Assembly (NCBI GenBank): GCA_018398765.1
Contig: JAHBMJ010000059.1
Location: 1-58,284 of the forward strand
DNA from: Chromera velia
Lineage: Eukaryota
Reading direction: 5' to 3'
DNA length: 58,284 nt
Made by a program: the position numbers and the translations under genes. This document shows positions 1-13,144 of this stretch, one piece after another. Numbering within the stretch: the stretch's first letter is position 1; each line of letters starts with the position of its first letter. The notes beneath the pieces are model-generated. The model saw only the letters and a program-made list of their open reading frames with translations. It was not told the DNA's origin and made no database searches.

Positions 1-43
<43 letters not shown>

Positions 44-217
44 CGCGCGTGCATGTGTGGGTGTGTGTGCGTGTGTGTGTGTGTGTGTCACAAGTGCGCA
101 GGAGCAGCAGAGAGTGTTTGTTGTTTTTCTTGTCATGCCTCGACCCTTGCTGAGTGGACCTCAATGCGGACATGTGGACAAACTTGTTTGTCTCCCACTG
201 GGATTATCTCTTTCTGT

Positions 218-255
<38 letters not shown>

Positions 256-362
256 ACATACAGACGCGGCGAGAAGAGAGAGAAGAGAGAAAGAAACAGA
301 GGCACGCTCACTCGCCAAGGAAAACGAAGCAAACCAGCCATGCACCCCACAAACAGACAGAC

Positions 363-2646
363 CTTCGTCTGGACACCATACCCTCCCGCCTTGTCGAACG
401 GCTCTCCTGTCTGGACGTATCCCTCCATCGTCTCCTTCGTTAGAAGAGAAAATTGTACCTGCACCCAAAAGTGCTCAGAAATTTCATTAAGCCCCACGAG
501 GAGGCAGAACAGCGAAGGGGACTGAGTGGGCTCCTGAGAACCTTGAAAGAAGAATTGGACGTGTGACGATTTGGCTTCGCACGTTTTCACGAGTGAGTGT
601 GTGTGAGTCTGGGTCTCCGCGGACGGGGGGGGTATCGCAGGGTGAGCTGAGATGGATGAGTGTGTCGGTTTGCCAGAGACTGAACAGATACGGACAGGAT
701 TTGATTTGACGGGAAGCTCCAAAAAGCACGTTCGATTCGCATTCGGGCCGCTATCGGCAACTGACAGTTGACTCTGCCGTGAAGGACTGTGGTTCCCCAT
801 TTCTTGTGTAGATCCAGACGGCCGTGTGGACTCTGTGGGCCTTTCCGGAGAGCATCGACAGCATCCGGATGGCTTCATCTCTGTAGCAGAAACAGGGAAC
901 CAAAGCATCTCTGTGTGCAAAAAGAATGGGGTTTGGCGACCCGGTCGAAAAAGAAAGCAGCAAGATGGATTCATTTCATACAGAAGTTCCAAAATACTTC
1001 AACTTTGTGTAGAGAGACACAGAAGTGGGGCATCTGTGGTGGCGCACGCAACGGTGTCCCTTTCGTGGCCTTTTGTTGCTTCGTCCTCGTGTGTATACTT
1101 TGATGAAACAACTGCGCGCGGGTGCCGGCAGATCTCAGAGGAGAGGAATCTGGTAACGGAAAGAGGAAAGAGCGCTGGAAGAAAAGAAGAAACAGGGAGA
1201 GGACAGTTGAAGTCGAAACCATTCTCGGGAGTGGTGATGAGTGACGGTCTGGCTCGGAGCGGTTGATTTCCTTTTTTCTTTTCACACCTTTGAACGAGAG
1301 AGAGAGAGCCACTGCAGAAAGCTTGTCATGAATGGGCGAAACAGGCGACAGGTACTCTTAGATCAGGCAGAGTCTCAGAAAAAAAGAAAATGATGAGAAA
1401 GTCACATGTGCACGCGCGCACTGAGAAAGTGACATACCGGTCGGCAGGTTTTTCCAAGATGTGACCATCCAGCTCGACACTGCAGGGAATCATGAGGAAG
1501 GTACACAAGAAAGAAGGAAGCTTTGAGGAGCCTGTGATGTCACGGGAGAACGGACGGGGGAAGTTAAAAGAAGAAACGGTCAAGGAGCGAAGAAAAAAGA
1601 AGAGAAGACAGAGAGTATTCGTTCCCGTTCTCGGCAAGGCAGACAGAGAAATGGACACACGCTCGCACGCACGCTCGCACGCACGCGCGCACGCACTCTC
1701 CAGACACCGATCAGGGCGGGCGGAGTTGCGGGAAGAGTCCAACACCAAAAGCAGCTCGGAGTGCTCGGAAAAATGGGGAAAGCACTATGGAAAGCAGGGG
1801 AAGGGTCAATGTAGGCAGATACTGATCGAATCGGCATAAAGTTCCCAGTTGAACGCACACTGTGTCTGCAGAGATGACAACATGCGGCTCCTCTCCCTCG
1901 GGTTCTCTCTTGTCCCCGAAGAATTTGACGGCTACTTCATCCCCCTTTCCCTTTGCTGTGGCCCTCACATACTCATGAGGTTCTTTGAAGAGGCTCTTGT
2001 CTAGATCCTCCTCGAATGTGGAGGGCCACACAATGATGTTCTCTGAAGGGATACCCATGGTCTCCAGAATCTCTCTGCAGATTCAGGGGGGGGAACGTGG
2101 AAAGGGGGGGCACACACGTTTGGCGTCGACACGCGACGAAACCAGACAAAAAAAGGGCAGGCCAAAAAGGATTCGAAACGCCGATGCGGGAAGCTCGCTT
2201 ATGACCTTGTCGACTCGTGCCTGCCACGAGAAAGAAAGGGAGAGAAGAGGTTCCAGGGGACTGGAAGGGCAAATCTTTCGTAAATTCACAGAGAAGAGCA
2301 AGAAAAAAAAACAACAGATGTCTCAGAATGATCAGATGTGGAGAGAAGGTTCACAAGGAGGAGATTTTCCTACAAGAAAAAAACTGACAAAAGAACGTTC
2401 TGACCTTCTTCGGGGGCTTTTTGAGGCCAAAACGACTTTGAATGTTTTGGAAAAGAATTCGAATTCGTCCAGGATGCAGGGGAGAGCCCCCCGAGACCCT
2501 GAATCCCCTTTCCTCTCAGCCATCTGAGGCAACCCTAATGTTCTTCTGCTGAAGATGCGGGTCTGGAAGGCCTGTAGACGGATGACACAGGACAGGTTCA
2601 GAAGAAGGAGATGAGCAGAGCGAAGAGAAAACAAAGGAGACGCCAT
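363..2646 (-). CDS. maf: Maf/Ham1-fold nucleoside-triphosphate pyrophosphatase (Maf-like); 3' end not found, probably outside the window
   Basis: Phase-consistent GT-AG exons 2646(or 2523)-2405, 2074-1859, 1479-1438, 880-766, 458-363 give VVLASKSPRRREIL, STFEEDLDK, VISADTVVELDGHILEKP, LSMLSGKAHRVHT and GEPFDKAGGYGVQ, all Maf motifs. Confidence 0.93.
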
Positions 2647-2889
2647 CGATGTCCGAGGACGACGTGTCAATCAATCCCACAGTCACACAAGACAGGCCAC
2701 AGCAGCTCTCACGCACACTTCTTTCCAGGCCACTCCCCACGTACTTGAAGCACCTTCCCGCTCATTCCCACGCACTCCCGCTCGCAAGACCATCGATCCG
2801 AAGACGATCGAGATCGATTTTGGAGACGGCCCGTGCATTATTAAATTTGTTGTCCACGCGACCTTCAGAGCCGTGACCGAGCACGACCG

Positions 2890-3070
2890 AGATTGAACCG
2901 AGCCGCGCGCCGCCCAAGCAGAAATGCGAGTGCGTCTTTGCGCGCGGGCCGCGGGGCCATGCATGCATATGCACTTTGCATATACTTTGCATGGATCGAA
3001 GCATGCATTCGGCTTTTTGTTGTTGACAAAAACGCCTGACCTTAATCGCGTATATATACTTTTTGATACC
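2890..3070. promoter_or_regulatory. Bidirectional promoter between Maf and CDPK with a GC box and TGCATG(CA) cluster
   Basis: GC-rich gcgcgcc/gcgcgggccgcgg followed by catgcatgcatatgca, tgcatgg and gcatgcat, lying between divergent start codons. Confidence 0.5.
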
Positions 3071-3341
3071 ATCAAGAAATCTATTCGACGGAGAGTCCGA
3101 GCAGTTGTGATCGCTCATCTGCCAAAGCTTGAGCCTCCTGAATACTGAGAGAAATCGGTCTACTCCCTCTGTATCTGTCCCTGTGCTTGCACGCACTGAG
3201 GCTTTGTGGCTCTCTCGAGAAAGAGAAAGTGAACCAAAGCGTGTTGCTTCTCTGCCGCCCGAGAGCTACCTTCGGAACAAAGTCACAGAGCGGCCTTGCG
3301 CAACCTTGTTCAGTCGAAAGATCAGGAAACTCTGAAGTACA

Positions 3342-6300
3342 ATGTATTACGGCCACGCTACTTATGGCCACGGCCACGCTGGGGTCTATAGGTACCCGAC
3401 CGGGGTGCCGCAGACGCAACACGCTATTTACAGAGCTCCGCAACAGCAACAGCCGGCGGTCGTCCACGCTCACGGTGGAGTCACATACCACACACAGGCA
3501 CCTGCAGTGACCTACACACGTCAGACCACCCACAACACCACTATTCATGCGGCTGCTCCCACAGGCGTGACGAGACATGTGGAACAGTATGTCGCACAGC
3601 CCACAACGACCGCCCAGCAGTTCGTGCATGCGGTCTCGAAAACACCCGCACCTGCGCCCTCGTCCTCCGTTATCCAAGCACCGCAAGTCATCACTCATGA
3701 GCGCCAGGCCTCTCTGCCGAGCATGACACAAACAGGGGTCCTCCTCAGACAGTCCCCCAATGTCGAGCTCGGACAGTCGATCTACCTGCAGGCGAACTCC
3801 CAGCTGGGCACCCTGGAGGGCGTCATTGAGGGATTCAACGGCCGTCCCCTGAGTGACTGCAACGATATCTTCGATGCATACGACGGGAGCAAATCGGGAA
3901 AGTTGGATAAGGCCGACACTCCCGAGGCAGTGAACACTGTGTTGGACTCTCTCCGTCTGGCGGGTATGATCATTCCCGGTATGGTCGAGTGGCTCTTTGA
4001 GAAATTCGACAGAGAGCAGAAAGGCCATATCACCAAGGAAGAATTTCCTAAATTCGTCCGCATTCTTCTCGTTGACGCACGCGACCGCCTTGCCCCCCCC
4101 GCGTTCCGATTCAACCGCCAATTCTTCCAGCAGGGGAGACGCCACCTCCCCCTGCAACAGAAGTACGAAGTGCAACAGAAGCTTGGACAGGGCGCCTTCG
4201 GTGCTGTGTTCAAGGTCAAGTGCAAAGTCTCCGGAGTGTTCAGATGCGGAAAACAGATCCCGAAAGCCTCTGCCGCCATGTCACCTGAGTTGATTGACAT
4301 GGAGACGGCAGTGCTCCGACGACTGGATCACCCGAACATCATGAAGTTCTACGAGACCTTCGAAGACCCCCAGAACCTCTGGTTGATCATGGAGTATATC
4401 TCTGGGGGCACACTGCTCGATCAGATGCTCGAGAGATTCCAGAGAAACGACGTCAGTCACACAGGGGCAGACGGAGCATGCAGGCAGATCTGTGTGTGCA
4501 GTACGTATGTCTGCAGGGATAAATCCTTTTCGAACAGAGCTCCTGTGGCGGTGTGAAGTGACGAAGAAGAGTGATTTTGAATCCACTTATGTACACTGCC
4601 TCTGCATAAGAGCGCATGCACTTGAAATCCCGCAAGCACGCAAACCAACAAAGGTTCGAAGAGCTGTCTCACTTCACGGCAGACATTTCGATGTTCATAT
4701 CTGCCCGTGCGTCCGGATGCACGGTTTCACTGTGCGTCTTGATACATGTATGCGTCACTAGAAAGAACACAGAGGGTATTTGAGTTTATGTGTGACTGTC
4801 CATGTTTGTCTGTCTCTGCAGACCTACACGGAGGGAGAGGCCCACGAGATCATCAGATCTCTTCTGAAGGCAGTCGCGCACTGCCACGCCAACAAGGTAA
4901 TGCACAAGGACCTGAAACCGGACAACGTGATGGTGCCAGACGACGGCCTTGGAGGGGGGGGCATCGATCTGAAGGTGGGTGGGTGGGCGTCTTTCTTGAG
5001 TCTCCTCCTGAAAGCGTGGAGAGGCAGGCAATGGTCACACAGCGTGAGCGTGGCAGGAAAAGAAGAAGGTAATACAGACCGAGCACTGATTCGCAGGATA
5101 GCTGCTGTTTCTGTGGGGATCTGTGTGTGAAGGGGTTTGGCTTGCCAACTAGTGCAGCAAGAAACAACGAAAAAGAGGGAGAGACGAAACTACTCAAGTG
5201 GGTGACTGCTAGTCATTTTGTACTCATGCCGGAGATGAATGAGAGTTTGAATTTTCAATTTCCATCATGGCTCTGTCTCTCTGATTCGACAATGACACTG
5301 CAGGTAATTGACTTTGGTCTGGCTGAGATGTTCATGGGAACTCAGCAGTCCTCTCAGGCAGCCGGGACGCCCTACTACATGGCCCCAGAGGTCTTCAACC
5401 GAAGATTTGACTCCAAGTGCGACATCTGGTCCGTTCCTAGTTTTGAAGAAATTTGTCTGTTGAAGTTTCTTTGTTGGGTTTTTGTTGATGTTTTGAGCTT
5501 TCGAGGCAGTCTTCTTCGTCCATAGAATTTCCTTTTCCAATCCGCTTCAACTTGTCGTCGTTGTAATGTCGACTCCCATGAGTGCACGCATTGCCCATCA
5601 TGTGTTTATATGAGGGTGCTGCCCTTCTCTCCTCTCTCAATCCCTCCGTTCTTCCCTAGCACACTTCCTTCCTGCCGCCCTTGTCTGCGCAGGTCCATCG
5701 GCGTTCTCCTGTACATGCTCCTGACAGCACACTTCCCCTTTGATGCCCCCAACAGGTGGGTCCCTCGTGAGAGTGAGTGAGAAAGGTGAACGTGGAAAGA
5801 GGGAAAGAAGAGTGCAAGACTGGCAGGATTCATGGATCAGTCTCTTTACGAGTTCGTCGGTCCCCTCACTTATGGGTTTTCTTTTAATTCGTGTATCCGT
5901 CCACTAATGCATATGAGGACATGTGTCCCCCCCACACTCACTATCTCTGTGTGTACATCTATCTGAAGGGAGGAGTATCAGAAGGTGGTGAACACGAATC
6001 CCCTCCAGTTTCCCTCCAAGCTCTTCAAGTTCGTCTCGGAGGACGGAAAGGATCTCATCTCCAAGATGCTCTCAAAGGACCCCACAAAGAGACTCACTGC
6101 TTCCGACTGTCTCCGTCACAAGTGGTCAGCGGAAAGGCTTTGCAAGCTTTCGTTTGTTCCCTTCTCTTCCCTTCCTTTGTCTCCGAAGCTTCAAGAGCTG
6201 TGGCACAGAGACGGGCACAGAATGCGCAGAAAAGCGGCTCGCATCCCATATGAACTCTGATGAAAACGGTCTCTGCATTTTGATCCAACGAAGATGGCAT

Positions 6301-7957
6301 ATTTGATGTGTTCGTTCGACCTGCACGATCGAATGCAGGTTCGAGAAGCAGCTGGAGAAGAGCGGTATGGAGGGGGCCACCAAGTCCTCGAGGTCGACCA
6401 CTTCAAAGGGAGCAAGGAGGAAAATGCTGGCAGAGAAGAAACTCTCTGTTCTGCCCCAGTGAGTCGCTTTTTTTGTCACGGACTGCCCTCTTATTCATCA
6501 TTTTTTGTTCATGACTTAAGGGAGCGTGTGTGGCGATGACTACTCCACGTGGTTGATCCATCCTTTCACTCCGTCTCCTTGCACTGAAGAGGGCCATTTT
6601 CTGAGTGTTCCCTTACAACTGTCTTTTTATGTTTGATTCTCTTTTCCCCCCTTCTCGTTGGGCATTTTTGAAAGAGCCCATACAGTTTCAAACTACCGTG
6701 GGTGTGTGGAAGCAAAAATGAATCGCAAATCAGGCAGCATCTCTTCCACTTGTCACGCATACCTTTTCCTTCCCGTCTCCCTCCCTGTGCAGGTTCGAGA
6801 CCAAGGAGGACTTGGAGTCTGACTACTCCCCTGCCACTCCCTTCACAGCCTCTCTGGCAGGCGGCGTCTCTGCAGAAGGAGAGGAGGGACTGGCAGGGTC
6901 CATCAACAAGGGATTCAAGAAGGCGCTCTCCTTCGCTCCTAAAAAGGGCACAAAGGGCTCCAGTGAGAAGGGCGGTGACTCTGAAAGAGAGGGCCCTTCA
7001 TCGCCACAGCACTCTGGCAACGAGTTGAGTCCCCAGACCTCAGCCCGGAAGTCCAACCTGAAGAAGTCTGTGTCCATGCAGAGCAAGAGCAGTGCCTCCC
7101 CCAAGATGCCCAGACTCTACCAGGCATTCAAAGAGTTTGCCTCCAAAAACACATTCCAGAGAGTTCTCCTCTGCCTGGTCTCTGTCAACATCGATCACTC
7201 CATCTTCCACAGGTCCGTATGAACAATTAATGATGTACGTGAACACACATCTGCACTTGTGATCACGTGGCAGACATACAAAATACAGAGTGAATGTCTC
7301 GCTGGAGGGCTTTCTGCTTTTCCCTGCCCCTTCCACATCATGACATACTCTTCTCTAATCACCATCTAATATAACACCCACTATCCCCTGGGCTTTCTTC
7401 TTCTCTTCTCCTTCAATACCGTGACCCTCGAACTTTGCGAGGACCCAACGTTACATGATGAGAATTTTCTCCTGCTCTCGAATTGAAATAGGTCTTCAAG
7501 TTTGGTCTCTCTCTGCCTCTCTCTGTCTGTCAGGGCCCCGGAGCACTTCCGTCTTCTCGACACCGACCACGATGGGTACATCTCTCTGGACGAGTTGGAG
7601 GCATCCTTGAAGACCAACAAGAACATTCCAGAGAAAGAATTGAAGAGCATCCTCGCAGCGATGGACTCCGACAAAGACGGCCGAATCGCCTACACAGAAT
7701 TCCTCGCAGCCGTCTTTGACCCCACCCAGCCTGCCGCAGAGCCGCACTTGCGTTCTGCCTTCGGTCTCCTTGACAGAGACGGAGACGGGAACCTGTCCGA
7801 ACAGGACCTTCTGGTGGTCTCGACTTCCGAGGGATTGAACGTCCGCACAGGAACCCAGGATGCCAACACGGCAGTGAAGGGACTGTTCAAGGCGATGGAC
7901 CTCAACAGGGACGGTAGGGTGACTTTTGAGGACTTCTTGGCCTATCTGCGTCAGTAA
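3342..7957 (+). CDS. Calcium-dependent protein kinase with an extra N-terminal EF-hand pair (CDPK6-like architecture)
   Basis: Exons 3342-4451, 4822-4974, 5304-5428, 5693-5755, 5969-6124, 6793-7212, 7534-7957. Kinase motifs LGQGAFG, HPNIMK, HKDLKPDN, IDFG, GTPYYMAPE, DIWS; four C-terminal EF loops (DTDHDGYISLDE, DSDKDGRIAYTE, DRDGDGNLSEQD, DLNRDGRVTFED); two N-terminal EF-like loops (DGSKSGKLDKAD, DREQKGHITKEE). Confidence 0.95.
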
Positions 7958-10624
7958 GGCAGAGGCAGAGGAGAAAGAAGTCTTTCCTATAGAGCTCGAA
8001 TGAAAACAGCCACGGACAGGAAGGGGAAGGGGAAAAAGGGACCAACGGGAAGCGGCGGTGAAGTGTTTTTTTCTTCTGACGATCACATTTTCGGCAAGAT
8101 GAAAGAGAGGAAGAAATTGTAGAATCGTTTGACCCTCTCTCTTTTTCTCTTTCTCCGTCACCCTCTCTATTTAAATTTCTATCTGCCTTCCTTCCACCAA
8201 AGTGTAAATTAATGTCCTGCTTTGACGGTTCTTTTTCTTTTTGAGCGGGCCGTCTCCTCTCTTTTCTTCTTCGCTTTTTTGTGGCTTCCCTCCTCTCGAC
8301 TGCCTTCGGGAAGTTTCACTGCATGTGCGTCCAGTCCAAAACGAAGAATCCCTGCTTCACTCAATGCGACTTTCAAACTCACGTCTGCAGGTCTTCTTTT
8401 GAGGGTTTTGGGGAAAGGAAGGACAGGGTTTGGGGGGGCAGTAGGAAGAAGAATGAAGAGGGAAATGACTGGGTGGAATGTGCTCGCACCTATTTAACTT
8501 GTTGCATCAGTGCATTTGTGACTGCGCTTACGACTTCTATTTTCTCTTAATTCTTTCTGTCTCAACTTCTGTGCACCTGTCTGAGTGTCTGTCTCTTCTG
8601 GAGCTGAGTTTTGATCTGAAGGCTTGCTTGTTCAAAGAATTGCGACAGCTTTCCCCGAAAGTTTTCTTTTTAGAGTTGGGGGAATAAGTAAAATATGGAG
8701 GGAAGAAGTAATCTGGTTTGCTGTTTTTTCTTTTTCATGGGCAGATCAGAAGACCTAGGCAAAAGAAGAGTCGACAGAGGGACAGCAAGGACCTTCTCTC
8801 AACTCCAGCAATAGAGCTTGCAGGAACAGAGAGCGTCTCTCTGTACGTGTCTCTTCTCTCACTTTTCTTGGGCCTCTGTGCACTTTCTCTTCTTCTTCGA
8901 AAAGCACGGACAGGCACTATGGAGGACAGAAGAAGGCGAGGAAGGAGGTGGGTTTGTTTGTGCACCACCCAAGCGCAGGCAGAAGAAGAGAGCGCGAAAG
9001 GGTCTCCTTCTCCTGTCGGCCGAGGGGGAGGCGGGACAGTCCCTGGCACGCAGCCAGAAGGGCACACGGCGGGCAGGAGGAAAAATGTATCTATCTTTGC
9101 ATGAGAAGGAAGTGGGAGGCAAAGAAGGGCAACATGGTTGGCGCTAGCGATGAGACTGGCGTGCATGTATTCGAAGAGATTTTGGCTCTTTCACATGAAG
9201 GAGCTATGTCAGAGAATTTTGATCCTACTGCTGAGGTCAGCAGCAGAATCGATGAAGGGACCAGAGTGACATTGCATTGAATGAAGGAAAGCTTCTGCGT
9301 CGGTATCGACGAAGACAATGAAAATGAAGGGGTGCCGAGGATTTTCAAATTCAACAGTTGGGCTGGGAGTCAGAGGGGCGGGCGAAATGGCGGTTGTTGC
9401 ATCTCGCACAGGATCAGCAGATAGAGGCCACTGGCAGATCATGGAACTTTGGCAATCGATCAGTCGATGCCGATTTGGCCGTCTAGACTCTCCTCCGAAT
9501 GGGCGCCCTCTGGTTTTTCACAACCGTATCTTTCTACTTGGTTTTTTCTCTCATATGCAGTCTTTTTGAATAAGGTCTACTCCCTCTCCTCTCACTCTCC
9601 CCTAACTCAACTTTCTCAAGCCTCATGCAACCAGGACCGCCGGCGTATCATAACCTTGCTAGTGGTCCGGAACAGACGTAAGGACTGACGGCCAGCCTGC
9701 ACTGGCGTGAAGCTATATATAGAAAACAAAATATGGTGAAACAAGTTTTTTTGCAAGTTTTTTCCGTACATAGATTTTTAAAAGTTTTTTTTTTTTTGCT
9801 TATATTCAAATTATAAAAATTAAATCCGATAATAACACATATAGCTATGCATAGATACTTACTATATTTTAAATGACATGTAGCGTGGTATCCTGGAAAA
9901 TAACAACTTTTCCCTGCCTAACGTTAATTATAGAAGTATCCAGCTAGCTCTGGATATAGATGACGATGGCGCATCATAGTCATAGTCATAGGAGTTCCTG
10001 TCACGTTACTTCCTGAGATAGTCATGCATGCGAATACGAACAAGGATGCATATTAAATTAGATTTCTCGTAGGATTTTTTTTTATTTCCCCATGTAAAGC
10101 GGGAGAGTGCACTGAGCACTGCACTCATGGCTAGACTCATGGCAGTGTCAATGATGTACTTGTATACACTTTGACAGATTGAATATTTAAATTTTAAATT
10201 TTTAAAATACATATTGATCAAATTTTTTATACTCTTTATAAATTTAAAATTTTAGTATAATTCGCGATCGAGATATAATTTGAATAGTAACATGTGCGAC
10301 GTAACATACAGACTAGTAGCATACTACAAATTAGGGGAGTCTACGCAGTGTTACTGCCAGTGTACTGAGTGTAAAACACTTTCAGTTAATTTAGACATAA
10401 ACATCACTAATTCATCAGTCAGTATATTCATTACTACTAATAGTTAACTTGCTAAATTACTAATTGTGTGGCAGTTTTTTTACAACTGTGCTCACTAGTA
10501 TGCAACTAGTCATGGAAGCAGGCCACAGGCTCTATTCCTACCCATTCAAGTTCATCCATTTTTCTGAATGACTAGGCTTTAACTTGAAATGTAACTTGAA
10601 AGGTCTAGTGAAGTGTATGAAGAG

Positions 10625-11677
10625 TTATCCGTGCGAGTTAACAGGTGTGACAACTTCCTTTTCGGTGCCTCTTATCAGATCTTCTCCTGCTCGGAAAAGA
10701 AATTCTTCATGAAAACGCTCAGCCACCAGCTGGACCCCAACGGGAACGTCCTCCCAAAACTCCTCGCTTACAGACCCACCTTCAAGTTCCCCCCCGGCAA
10801 GACCCGAGCTGGCTGTTGTGAGCCTTCTTCTCACGGTCCCCGTGCTGACTGCGATCGCAGGAACGGCGAGAGCAGGGAACATTCTCTGGAGCGCCTGCGC
10901 TTTCCAAACGGCGTCAAACGCCTCCTCGCTCTCCACGTCTTCGCACTCTCGGAAGGCCAAACGAGAAGATACCGGACACAGGAGGACATCAAACGACTGG
11001 AAGAAACAGCCCCACTGCCGAATTCCCTTGCTGCGCTCTGTAAGCGCTCTCATCAAAGCCTGCCCGAAATTGGCACACCCCCACTCACTCGCTGCAACAC
11101 CGGACATTCTAAGCAAACCAGAGACGGCAAAAATTGCATCGGGGTCTCCAGTTCTGTCCACTGTGTGCTTCAGCCTCTGGTCCACACCTTCATACTCAGA
11201 CGCCCACAAGACTGCCGCAGAATGCGCCACGGCGTGGAGATCAGCCTCTTGCGGTACGGAGCCATCGCAGTCACTCACTTCGTGCCCCGCAGCCCTCAGC
11301 TTCTCCGCAGCCTGTCGAACCGCGTCGACCACCTCAGTGTCATATTCTCCGCCTATCTGCGGACACGCCCAGACGCCCACTCTAAGGGGCTTTCCTTCCT
11401 TTGCACACACAGAGGCGGGCCGAAGAGGGACCTGGACCTGCTGGCTGTCCCGGCAGTCTGGGGCACACATGACTTCGTATGCCTCACGGAGGTCGGGAAT
11501 GCTCCGTGCGAGCGGTCCGGACACGGCCATGAGCTGTCCCCCTATCTGTCTGTCCCCACTGCTGTCGTTGAATTGGCCAACGCGGCCGAGGGAGGGACGG
11601 ATGCCGTGGATGCCACAGGCGTAGGCAGGGAATCTGCAGGAGCGGGTGGATGGCGTCACACTCTCTCTGTCTCTCTG

Positions 11678-11726
<49 letters not shown>

Positions 11727-11729
11727 CTC

Positions 11730-11774
<45 letters not shown>

Positions 11775-12000
11775 GTCCTTCTGTCTGTCTGTCTGTCTGT
11801 CTGTCTGTGTGTGTGTGTGTGAGTGAGTGCGGGTGTGGTGTTGTAGACACACTTGCTCTTGAGGACAGGAATGCAGACCATCAACTAGCCAGATACGCAT
11901 AAAACGAAGCAAGACAATGGGCAAATTGATCAAGAGAGCAGCAACGCTGTGAGGCGATCCTGGTCAAGAGAGCGAGCGAGAGAAAGGGGGAGAAATGAAT

Positions 12001-12044
<44 letters not shown>

Positions 12045-12063
12045 GTACGCAAATGAAGAACGT

Positions 12064-12099
<36 letters not shown>

Positions 12100-13144
12100 A
12101 CATGATGGACGGCTTCGAATAAAATTACACCCACAATTACAGATCAATTGCCGCCACTTCGCAAAATCCCGAGACAAATTTCAAGCAGATGAGTCTCCTC
12201 AGGCCACGCGACGAACCCTTCTCAGACAGACAGAGTGCATGTCTGCAGGCGGCTGACCGAATTGAACCCGCAATGTCTGTACCGTGTGCGACAGGACCGA
12301 TGCCGACGGCAACTGCAGCAGCAGCGCCCCCAGATGAACCCCCCGAGGTGATTTTCGGGTTCACCGGGTTTCTCGTTAGTCCGTGGAGGGACGAACGGGA
12401 GAACCACCTGCAACCGAAGGCGGGCATGTTCGTTCGTCCGATGACGACTGCACCGGCATCCTTCAAACTTTTCACCTGGGGGCTGTCGGTTTCTGCCGCC
12501 GTCTGTGCGAAGTGTTTGGCCCCCGAGTCCGTCAGGTACCCCTTCTGATCTGCCCCCGCCTTGATGGTCACGGGAACACCTGCAAGCCGCCCGCCAAACC
12601 CGGTCCGTGCCACTCTCTCATCCACCTCAGCAGCGTCCTTCAGGGCTTCGGCACAGGTGACAATCACGGCGTTGACCTGATCAGCGGAGGAGACAAGATG
12701 GGAAAATGGACGAAGTGAGCAAGAGAGAGACGCGTAGACGGATAAGCTCTGAGATCTCAGTGTAACTCGAGACACGGGACAGAGATAGAAAAGGCCAGAG
12801 AAGCTGAAGGTTGAAAAGAGATGGAATAACATGAAGAGGGGTTGCGGGAGAGGAAGAAGTTACGGAACACACTGTGCGAGGTGAAACACATGCACCCCAC
12901 ATGAAACGTCAGAAGGACGCAGGAGACGGAGGGTCTTGCAGTGAGGTGTTACCGGGAGCTGTCTCAAACAAAAGCCACGCTTCACTCTTTAATGACTGAC
13001 CCGGGGATTCACTGCGCGCAGGCGTTCAAGGGAGCTTGCAACTACATCCACAGCCTTCAGCTTCCCTGCGTTGACTCGAGAAGCGATCTCCGTGGCAGTG
13101 AGACGCCACAGCTCTGTGCCAACAACTTCTTTCGAGGGGTTCAT
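10625..13144 (-). CDS. Amidase-signature family enzyme (~520 aa), bacterial-type
   Basis: Exons 13144-13001, 12676-12258, 11633-10625. [37 protein letters not shown] (Ser-cisSer-Lys triad) and PVGVQLV. Confidence 0.95.

Noticed and set aside
1..525. Long ORFs of CVCV/HTHT type (also FLSF/ERKK types near 15.1-16.2 kb and 24.7-26.3 kb)
   Set aside because: These are translations of intronic microsatellites with no coding signal
9145..9240. Possible C/D-box snoRNA (CGATGA...CTGA)
   Set aside because: The C box is imperfect, with no terminal stem or recognisable guide sequence
10613..11902. 429-aa plus-strand ORF (likewise 3081-4175 and 18823-19857 on the minus strand)
   Set aside because: Antisense shadows of the amidase, CDPK and pol coding regions
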